A DNA stretch of 64,000 nt from Mobula hypostoma (lineage: Eukaryota): the NCBI RefSeq assembly GCF_963921235.1, contig NC_086097.1, forward strand, positions 118,608,001 to 118,672,000, in the 5' to 3' direction. Position 1 is the stretch's first letter; each line of letters starts with the position of its first letter. Below the pieces are notes generated by a model. That model worked only from the letters and a program-made list of their open reading frames with translations. It searched no databases and was not told the origin of the DNA. Of the stretch, positions 26,944 to 36,690 are shown in pieces. The translations under genes and the position numbers were made by a program.

Positions 26944-27269
26944 CTCCAGAGAATAGATTCCTAACCTATTCATTCTCTTTTCACAAGTGGACCTGACACC
27001 TAAGGGTCAGTCTGATGAATCTGGTGCATACCTTCAGTGATTTGATGATGGAGAAATAAAATGAAGAGATGAGTGATCAAACACAGGAAACACTTTGAAT
27101 ACATCACCCCAGTGCATTTGTTTACTATATTAGCATGTACAATTTGTGTTAGTTACAGCAACCGGCACCTTTACAGATAACCGATTGCATGTGAAAGCAT
27201 TCAGTAAGCCAGCTCGAGAGAAAGCATTAGAATTAATGTTCATAAAGGTTTGACTCTCACAAAATGTCA

Positions 27270-27770
27270 CCATAAAATGCTGGTAGAATGCAGCATGTCA
27301 GGCACTATGGAACAAAGTAAAGAATTGACATTTCAGACCGAAAGTCTTCATCGGGGGAAGATTCCAGAATAGGAAGGTTGTAGGAGGGAGAGGGGTACAA
27401 GCTGGCAGGTGATAAGTGAAGCCAGGTGAGGAGGAAGTTAAGGTGAGTGAAGGAAGAGGAGGAAGTGAGAAGCTGAGGGTGATGGGTGGAGAAAGGAAAA
27501 GGGCTGAAGAATGAAGTGTCTGTTAGGAGAGGAAATTGGACCATGGGGGAAAGGGAAGGAGGAGGGACACCAGATGGAGGTGATAGGTAGGTGAGGAGAA
27601 AAGATGGGGTAAAAGGGGAGCCAGAATGGGGAATGAAAAAGAGAGAAGGGGGATGCGGTAGAAATTACCTGAAGTTAGAGAAATCGATTTTCATGCCATC
27701 ATGTGAGACTACCCAGATGGGATGCGAGGTGTTGCTCCTCCTGCCTGAAAGGGACAGTAGAGGATGTGGC
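27270..27770 (-). mobile_element. Penelope-like 3' fragment
   Basis: Reverse-complement similarity to 18270-18705 (gaagttagagaaatcgat...gttgctcctcc, purine-rich UTR, pseudo-LTR). Confidence 0.75.
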
Positions 27771-27822
27771 CATGGATTGTGCTTTTTTTGTAAGACAGCC
27801 AACCATAGACAATCAATCTATG

Positions 27823-28667
27823 TGTCACCCTCTCACCAGAGCTCGTATACAAAACTCGGATCGTTAGCTAACTCTGCTAACAGCCATGTGACTCAGTGGT
27901 GAGAGGCCACCTTCCATAAATAATATAAGTCTAGGGTCAGTATGATTTGGTGTTCAACCAAACAGGAAAGTTAGGATGTTCCAATTAAGGAATATAGGTA
28001 GTAGCGAATGCTGTGCAAACACTGCTTTCTCGGTAGCCCAGAAATGACGTATGGTACACCAGCATAAAATTATAAAGAAAGCATACTTAGCAAATTTCCA
28101 ACTTTAACAAACAGTTAGAGAAAAAAGGAAAACAAAAGGGCCCGTTAGAGTTACACCAGTCCAATGTGCACATAAAGCTTGGAGCTTATTTCCGGAGTAG
28201 TCGGAGGAACATCGCTTTACTCATGTGCTGGACCCACCATCTGTGTAAAAGCACCAGCCACTTCCCTCGAAGACCATCTCAAATGAACTGACTCACTCAG
28301 GAGTATTGGCCCTTCCTCCTTGGAGCCCTTCATCTGCACAAAGCTCTTCTTGCAACAGGAACTCTCCTTCCAATGGCATTCTGTGGCATCTTCCCTTTCC
28401 CTTGTGCCCCACTCCACAGCACCCGCCAACATTCCCCAGACCCAACCACTGTCCTTCAGAGATCTGATCCTGCCCAGCTCTCCAGAATCTTCCACAGGGC
28501 AGAAAGTTACATAGGCTGACACAACATTCTTAAGTTGGACAGCATGGCTCCCTATCTTTAGCTGAAGTCAAACCAGTCTTACCATCAGGTCACATTGCCT
28601 TTACAGAAAACTGCTAAAATAAAATACCTCACACCATAGCAATAGAAATCTTAACTAGGGCATCACA
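27823..28667. mobile_element. Solo LTR
   Basis: TGTCACCCT...AGGGCATCACA termini; 4-bp TSD TATG at 27819-27822 and 28668-28671. Confidence 0.75.
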
Positions 28668-29739
28668 TATGTATATAAGCTATCTTATGTATTTATATTT
28701 ATTGTGTTTATTTATTAATACAGTATGTTTTTTATCAAATTGACTTTTTAATGTGTGCTGCAGGGGATCTGGAGTAACAAGTATTTCACCCTCCTCCACA
28801 CTAGTGTACTGGAAATGACATTAAACAATCTTAAACAATTGAACTTGAACAATCCTGGAGATACTCAGGCCAAGCAGCAACTGTGGAGAAATCATATTAA
28901 TGCTCCAGGTTGACAACTTTTCATCAAAAGGAAAGGTGAGTAAAAGTTACCATCTGAAACGTTACTATCTTAACTGTTTTTCTCTCCCTACTGTTACTTT
29001 TTTTCTGCTAAGGGTTTTGTTTTCATTTTAGATTTCCAATATATATTGTTTTTGATTTAGGATATAAAATACATTTCCAAGCAACCATATAAAATCAAAA
29101 TGAATTGTCTTCTGCATTAAATAGACATGAAACAAAACATAGTAATACTCATTAGAAAATACAGTGTCCATCTTAGTTGAAGGATGAGTGGTGAGGGACA
29201 TTATGCCCCCCATATATACTGTCAGGTGCAGCTAATACGATCCGCATTGACAGGTATTGTGTCAATGCAGTGTGAGATGTCAAGTATAGTATCACTGTAA
29301 ACTGCGTTAGCAGATATATTTTCACAGTGGTGTGAAATCGCAGGTACATTGTTATTCCAGACTGAACTGGTGAGAAGTGGAGCTACATTGTCTTTTTGAG
29401 TTCAGTCTGACCTGTGAGATGCAGTAGTACTGCAGTCTGAGTCACTTGCTCTATTATTGTTGAAGTATGAAGCCATACATGACAAAACACAATGTGAGAT
29501 AAGTCTGCAGAGGCTTCTAATTCCAAAGTACAAAGTAAATTTTATTAACAAGGCACATATAGGTCACCTTGACATTCATTTTCTTGAAGGCATACTCAAT
29601 AAATCTATAGAAAAATGTCCAGAAGAGAATCAATGAAAGACAGCCCAACCGGAGTGTTCAACTAGGCAACAAACTGTGCAAAAAATAAATAAATAAACAA
29701 ACAAGGAATAAATATTGAGAACATGAGATCATTTCAGTG

Positions 29740-30590
29740 TCAAAGAAGGTGACAGTAACCTGCCGAAATGATTATTGTCTGGTGGCATTAACATCAACTA
29801 TGCTTTGAGGGGCTGGCCATGGAGCACATTAAAGCCTTTCTTCTGGCTATTCTGGACCCTTTCCAGGTCATTTGTTGCTCAAATCAGTCCACTGCCCTCC
29901 AATCTGTCCTGTTTCACCTGGAAAATGGGGCCTCATATGCCAGACTGATGTTGATAGACTTCAGTTCAGTGTTCCATACCATCATATCCCAGAAACTCCC
30001 AGAACAAGAGGGCACAGCAGCATCTCCACTTCTTAGGAAGATTGAGGCAAGCAAGACTCCCACCCCCTATTTAAACTGTGTTTTATAGCGCCACCATTGA
30101 GAGTGTCCTGACAAGTTGCATCTCCATCTGGTATGGGAGTAGTCGAATGCTGGAGCTGAACTCCCTACGAAGGTCTGTGAGAACAGCTGAGAGGATCCTA
30201 GGGATCTCCCTACCATCCATCGAATGTATTTATCAGGAATACTGTGTACGCTGAGCCATTAATATTACTAAGGATCCCTCCCATTTATCCAGCATCCTCT
30301 TTGGCGTCCTATCATCAAGCAGGAGACTACGATGTATAAAAACAAGAACGGTCAGAATGAGAAACAGTTTCTTCCCTCAGGCCATAAGACTTCTGAATTT
30401 CTGGCCGCATCATATTCAAAGTGTCACAGGCTAATCTGTTCCATACCTTACAATATTTAATATTAATGCACTTTAGTTTGTTATTTATGTGTGATTCATT
30501 TGTAGATTTTATCCTTACCTTCATAAGTTATCGTGTCTTATGTGCTGTCCTGGTTCGAAGAAAACCTGTCTCATTTTTATATACACTATA
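29740..30590 (+). mobile_element. Rex1/Babar LINE, internally deleted
   Basis: LENGASYARLMLIDFSSVFHTII, then accattgagagtgtcctgac and aacagtttcttccctcaggcc. Confidence 0.8.
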
Positions 30591-30599
30591 TATACTGAG

Positions 30600-31215
30600 T
30601 CATGGTAGTCCTCTTGTACCTTCACCCTGATGGCAGTAGAGAAGAGAACATGTCCTGGGTGGCAGAGGATGGATGCTGCTTTCAATGGCAGTGTTTCATA
30701 AGGATGCACTCAACGACTGGGATGGCTTTACGTGTGATGGACTGGGCCATATCCAATACTTTTTGTTGTACATTCCATTCAAGGCCAGTGTTTCTGGTAT
30801 TTCTATACCAGGCTGTGATGCAACCAGTCATTATACTCTCCACCACACATTTCTATAGTTGACTGGTGCTGCAGCATCGTCAGCATTGCACTTCAAGGTG
30901 AGTAGTCCCGTGTGCGAATCTGGCCGGATTTCTATCCATGCTAGGTTGAACATCGAGCGAGCAGCTCGGCCTCGTAAAACACAGACAACTGCTAAGGAAA
31001 CAGTAAAGGTTGCTCCCCCGATGCACCCCAAGACCTGGAGAGGAACAACATCTATAGAAGAGTGTCAAAGTTTTAGATGTCATGCTGAATCTCCGTACAC
31101 TCCTAAGGAAGTAGAAGTGCTGCCCTGCTTTCTTCCTAATTGCACTTATGTGCTGTGCCCAGGGCAGGTCCACCAAAATAATAACACCAAGGAATTTAAA
31201 GTTGCTTACCCTCTC
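30600..31215 (-). mobile_element. Rex1/Babar LINE fragment split by a SINE
   Basis: DLPWAQHISAIRKKAGQHFYFLRSVRRFSMTSKTLTLFYRC. Confidence 0.8.
30859..31050 (+). mobile_element. About 190-bp tRNA-derived SINE with GGAACAACA tail
   Basis: B-box-like GTGCGAATC near 30912; TSD TCTATAG at 30852-30858 and 31051-31057. Confidence 0.7.
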
Positions 31216-31659
31216 CTAATAGAAAACAGCTACTAATAGAAAATGCATCAGAAGCTAGAACTCTGAAATAAATTCATAAGATATTAGCAAAGCTCAGCAG
31301 GACAATCTGTGAAAAGAAAATCATGAAGTTAACTTTTCAGATGAGTAAACATCTATCAGTTTTCAAATCCAATCCAGCAGCAGCAGCAGATGAGATAGAG
31401 AACAGTGACAGTTGCATGTATATTCATATCTCTCAGGCAACAACATGCTGGGATTATTCCGTGTCCTAGGAACCTCCCTGAAATTGTTTCTTTACACATG
31501 GAAGAATCAGAACAAATCTTTGTGAGGTGAGAACTATGATGAGTTTTTAGATTGTTTGTGTGAATTATGTAAAAATCCTGTGACACTAAAAAGATTTTCT
31601 GGCCTAATTTCTTGATGTTAACTCCTTGCTACTTGTGTGTCCTTGCAATGCTCAATATA

Positions 31660-32450
31660 CACTCAGTTGTATTATTATGGTGTTTATTATGTACACCTCG
31701 TTCATGCAAGTATTGAATCAGCCAATCATGTGGTACCAACTCAATGCATAAAAGCATACAGACATGGTCAAGAGGTTCAGACCAAACATCAGAATGGAGA
31801 AGTAATGTGACTCAGACTGTGTAATGATTGTTGGTACTAGACAGGGTAGTTTGTGTATCACTGAAACTGCTGATCTCCTGGGATTTTCACACATAACTTA
31901 AATCATCCAAGGAATAGCATTTCTGTGGGCGAGAATGCCTTGTTAATGAGAGAGCACAGAGGAGAATGGCCAGACTGGTTCATGTTGACAGGAAAATGAC
32001 AGTAACCCAAATAACCTCATGTGTTACAACAGTGATTCACGGTTCAAGATTCAAGACTGTTTAATGCTATTTCCTGACCACAAGTGTGAGGTGAATGAAA
32101 TGATTGTCACTCTGGATCTGATGCAGCATTAAAAAACACAAAAGATAAGGGAAGCAATAATAATGTTTAAAAAGCACACAATAAATATTAATATGCAAGA
32201 TCAGTGGGACTGTACTTGCTGAGTTTTGGATGACTGAAGTCCCCCACTAGAAATTTCTCAACACCATCCAAGAATTTGAAGCTAGCACCATTATTGAGAG
32301 CTGGAGTATCACTTAATCCCTGTGCACTGCCATATTATATATTGGTATACAGAAGAGCATCTCTGAAATGCACAAAATGTTGAACCTTGAAGCAGTAGAA
32401 GACCACACCTGGTTCTACGCCTGTACCTAATAAAGTGGCCACTGATTGTA
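31660..32450. mobile_element. Non-autonomous Tc1-type element with nested insert (about 32040-32345)
   Basis: Begins ta|cactcagt and ends gtacctaataaagtggccactgattg|ta. Confidence 0.7.
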
Positions 32451-32859
32451 GGTCCCAGTTTTTCTACATTATAACCCAAAGTACACCTGAGAAGTATTTT
32501 CTTGGCTATAAACTGCCTTGGGCCATTTTAAATTTATGGATTTTCAGCCTTCTGCTTAATGAGTTCTGAGTAATTTCAAGGCTAATGATAGAGGAATGCC
32601 AGGCAAAGTGTTAAGTATTCATACACTCTCCCCTTAGGCAACTCCTTGGGGCTTCCTCTCCATCTGCAGTGGCTGACAAGGACAATATAAGACCCATAGA
32701 CACTGCCACAGGTGTGGAAGGAAGCAGCAGACTGTTGGTTAGATGGTGTGCTCCTTTTGCAGTTTATGCTTGGATTTTGTATACTTCTGCATACAGTATG
32801 TACTCGAGGTTCTTAGTGCCATCATGAACGTATGCTCCGTGGCTACATTATTAGTACTT

Positions 32860-33490
32860 CCTGAACCTAATGCAGTGGCCACTGAGTGCATGTTCATTGC
32901 CATCGGCTTTTATAGCCCGTCCATGTCAAGTTTCCACGTGTTGTGTGTTCAGAGATGCTCATCAGTACATCACTGTTTTAATGTGTGGTTATTTCACTTC
33001 CTGTCGCCTTCATATCAGCTTGAACTAGTCTGGCCATTCTCCTCTGATTGCCCTCATTAACAATTTTGTTTCAGCCTCAGACTGCTCGCTAGATTTTTTT
33101 TTGTTTTTCGCACCACTCTCTGTAAACTTTAGAGTCTATTGTCCATGAAAATCCCAGGAGATCAGCATCTTCTAAGATACTCAAACTGCCCTGTCTGGCA
33201 CCAACAATCATACTACAGTCAAACAACAGGAATTCTGCAGATGCTGGAAATTCAAGCAACACACATAAAAGTTGCTGGTGAACGCAGCAGGCCAGGCAGC
33301 ATCTCTAGGAAGAGGTGCAGTCGACGTTTCAGGCCGAGACCCTTCGTCAGGAATAACTGAAGGAAGCTTCCTTCAAGGAAGGAAGGGTCTCGGCCTGAAA
33401 CGTCGACGGCACCTCTTCCTAGAGATGCTGCCTGGCCTGCTGCGTTCACCAGCAATTTTTATGTGTGATACTACAGTCAAAGTCACTTAG
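32860..33490. mobile_element. Non-autonomous Tc1-type element, opposite orientation, hosting the Penelope fold-back
   Basis: Contains agtggccactgagtg and ctagtctggccattctcctctga, the reverse complement of the family body. Confidence 0.65.
33224..33467. mobile_element. Penelope pseudo-LTR fold-back insertion
   Basis: 86-bp inverted arms (33260-33345 and 33382-33467, 2 mismatches); 14-bp TSD ATACTACAGTCAAA at 33210-33223 and 33468-33481. Confidence 0.9.
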
Positions 33491-33929
33491 ATTGGCGGAC
33501 CATTAATCTGCCCACTCCCATCAACCCTTACCTGGACCATAGCCCTCCATACTCCTACCATCTATGTACCAAACCTAATTTATCTTAAATGGTGAAATTG
33601 ACCCTGCATCCACCACTTGCGCCGGTAGCTTGTTCCACACTCATACCACACATCGAATGAAGAAGTTCCTCCTCAAGTTCACCCTTAACCCATGACCTCT
33701 TGTTCTAGTCTTACCCAACCTCAATGGAAAAAGTCTGCTTGCATTTACCTTGTCTGTACCCCTCATGATTTTGTACACCTTTATTAAATCTCCTCTCAAT
33801 CTTCTATGTTCGAGGGAATACGTTCCTAACCTATTCCACCGTTTCTTATAACTCAGGTCCTTAATTCCTGGCAACATCCTTGTAAATTTTCTCTGCACTC
33901 CTTCAATCTTATTTACAATGTTCCTGTAG

Positions 33930-34667
33930 CCTGACGGAGAATCTCACCTGGTCCCTCAGCACCAGCTCCATAGCAAAGAAAGCCCAACAGCGTCTCTACT
34001 TTCTGCAAAGGCTGAGAAAAATCCATCTCCCACCCCCCATCCTCACCACATTCTACAGAGGTTGTATTGAGAGCATTTGAGCAGCTGCATCACTGCCTGG
34101 TTCGGAAATTGCACCATCTCGGATTGCAAGACCCTGCAGTGGATAGTGAAGCCAGCTGAGAAGATCATTGGGGTCTCTCTTCCCACCATCACAGACATTT
34201 GCACCACACACTGCATCCGCAAAACAAACAGCATTATGAAGGACCCCACGCACCCCTCATACAAACTCTTCTCCCTCCTGCCATCTGGAAAAAGGCACCG
34301 AAGCATTCAAGCTCTCATGACCAGACTATGTAACAGTTTCTTCCCCCAAGCCATCAGACTCCGCAGTACTTAGAGCCTGGACTGACACCAGCCTACTGCC
34401 CTCTACTGTGCCTACTGTCTTGTTTATTATTTATTATTATTTATTGTAGTGCTTGAACTGTTTTGTGCACTATATGCACTCCTGGATAGGTCTGTAGTCT
34501 AGTGTAGTTTTTTGTGTTTTTTCTTACGCAGTTCAGTGTAGTTTTTGTAGTGTTTCATGTAGCACTATGGTCCTGGAAAACATTGTCTCATTTTTACTAT
34601 GTTCTGTACCAGCAGTTATGGTTGAAATGACAACAGAAGTGATTTGACTTGACTTGACTTGACTTTA
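33930..34667 (+). mobile_element. Rex1/Babar LINE, 5'-truncated, (GACTT)n tail
   Basis: KKAQQRLYFLQRL; CITAWFGNC...LFSLLPSGKR...NSFFPQAIRL. Confidence 0.88.
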
Positions 34668-35533
34668 ACAGGTGAACAAAACTGGACCCAATACTCCAAA
34701 TTAGGCTTCACCAATGTTTTTCTTATACAATTTCAACCTAACATCTCGACTCCTGTACTCAGTGCATTGACTTCACTGGACAATAATTATTTTCAGATAT
34801 GTTGCTTCCTCATTTTTTTTTTGTTTCTGATAGACTGCTTGAAGCTGAATATAGATACAATTTCAGACTACTTTTATCTTGTAGAAATTTGGAGAAACAA
34901 AAAATGAACTTTTGTTGAATATAATATATTTAATTACATAATGGTGATGATGTTTTGCAATAGTCTACTGAGTTTGTTGATGATTTTCATCTGTACTCTG
35001 TCTGACGATTCTCATTTAAGTGTCAAACAATAATCAGCCAGCATTGATGGATTCCAGTTGCCCTGATACCATTTCTGCATGACCTGAATGTGCTGGTGAA
35101 ACCTTTCACCGTGCTTGTCATTGACAGTGCTAGGATTTACAGGAGAAAAGTCTAAATGGGAATGCAAAAACTGAATCTTTAGTGACATGTTGTACTTCAT
35201 GGTTTTGTGTGCTTGAAGCACGTTGTCAACAAGCTACATATAGTTTGGTGCTCTGTAGTTGGCAAGAAAATTATCAACAGCATCCTGGAATGCCTTCCAC
35301 ATGATTTACACTCCTCCCACTAGAAGTTTTTTGAATTGCTTGTCATTAATGACCTGTTGATTTGTGGACCAACAAAAATGACTTCCTTAATCTTAAATCA
35401 GTTACTCTGACTTGAATTATAAATTGAAATAAAAAATATAGGCAATTACAAAAAACGGTGCTTGATAGGGAAATTCCATGGTGATTTTCATGATCAGCAG
35501 CCCAAAATCCATAAAGTATACCCAAAAATCTTT

Positions 35534-36364
35534 AAACAACAGGAATTCTGCAGATGCTGGAAATTCAAGCAACATACATCAAAGTTGCTGGTGAACGCAG
35601 CAGGCCAAGCAGCATCTATAGGAAGAGGCGCAGTCGACGTTTCAGGCCGAGACCCTTCGTCAGGACTAACTGAAGGAAGAGTGAGTAAGGGATTTGAAAG
35701 TTGGAGGGGGAGGGGGAGATGCAAAATGATAGGAGAAGACAGGAGGGGGAGGGATAGAGCCGAGAGCTGGACAGGTGATAGGCAAAAGGGGATATGAGAG
35801 GATCATGGGACAGGAGGTCCGGGAAGAAAGACAAGGGGGGGGGTGACCCAGAGGATGGGCAAGAGGTATATTCAGAGGGACAGAGGGAGAAAAAGGAGAG
35901 TGAGAGAAAGAATGTGTGCATAAAAATGAGTAACAGATGGGGTACGAGGGGGAGGTGGGGCCTTAGCGGAAGTTAGAGCAGTCGATGTTCATGCCATCAG
36001 GTTGGAGGCTACCCAGACGGAATATAAGGTGTTGTTCCTCCAACCTGAGTGTGGCTTCATCTTTACAGTAGAGGAGGCCGTGGATAGACATGTCAGAATG
36101 GGAATGGGATGTGGAATTAAAATGTGTGGCCACTGGGAGATCCTGCTTTCTCTGGCGGACAGAGCGTAGATGTTCAGCAAAGCGGTCTCCCAGTCTGCGT
36201 CAGGTCTCGCCAATATATAAAAGGCCGCATCGGGAGCACCGGACGCAGTATATCACCCCAGTCGACTCACAGGTGAAGTGATGCCTCACCTGGAAGGACT
36301 GTTTGGGGCCCTGAATGGTGGTAAGGGAGGAAGTGTAAGGGCATGTGTAGCACTTGTTCCTCTT
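35534..36364 (-). mobile_element. Young 5'-truncated Penelope-like element
   Basis: Minus strand reads GPKQSFQVRHHFTCESTGVIYCVRCSRCGLLYIGET*RRLGDRFAEHLRS; TSD AAAATCTTT at 35525-35533 and 36365-36373. Confidence 0.92.
35632..35667 (-). ncRNA. Minimal type I hammerhead ribozyme motif in the Penelope pseudo-LTR
   Basis: Minus strand AGUC-CUGACGA-AGG(gucucgg)CCU-GAAA-C-GUC-GACU: stem I AGUC/GACU, CUGAnGA and GAAA cores, GUC cleavage triplet, palindromic ACGU in place of stem III. Confidence 0.75.
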
Positions 36365-36690
36365 AAAATCTTTGTTGTCCGGTGTTTATGAAGGCCAATG
36401 AGCCAAAAAAATTCTCACAATCCTTCTTCCCTGTGATTCCATTTTCAAGGAATTACAGATCTGTATTCTCAGATCACTCTGTTCTATTAAATTCCTCAGT
36501 GCCCTATGACTCACTACTTAAGGCCTATCCTGGTTGTTCCTCCCAAAGTGCAACATCTCACACTCATCTGCATTAAATTCCATCTGCCATGTTTTAGTGC
36601 ATTTACCAACTGGTCCAGATCCCACCACAAGATTTGATAGTCTGCTTCGCTATCCATGACACCTCCAATCATGGTGTCATCTGCAAATTT

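Larger units (their letters stand above)
34774..36384 (-). mobile_element. Chapaev3-like DNA transposon, internally deleted
   Basis: Transposase peptide MSLKIQFLHSHLDF...DKHGERFHQHI...YQGNWNPSMLADYC; TIRs CACTGGACAA / TTGTCCGGTG; 3-bp flanks CTT/TTT inside the CR1. Confidence 0.75.

Noticed and set aside
30859..30930. tRNA gene
   Set aside because: Degenerate boxes, no clear cloverleaf, and a tail plus TSD indicate a SINE.
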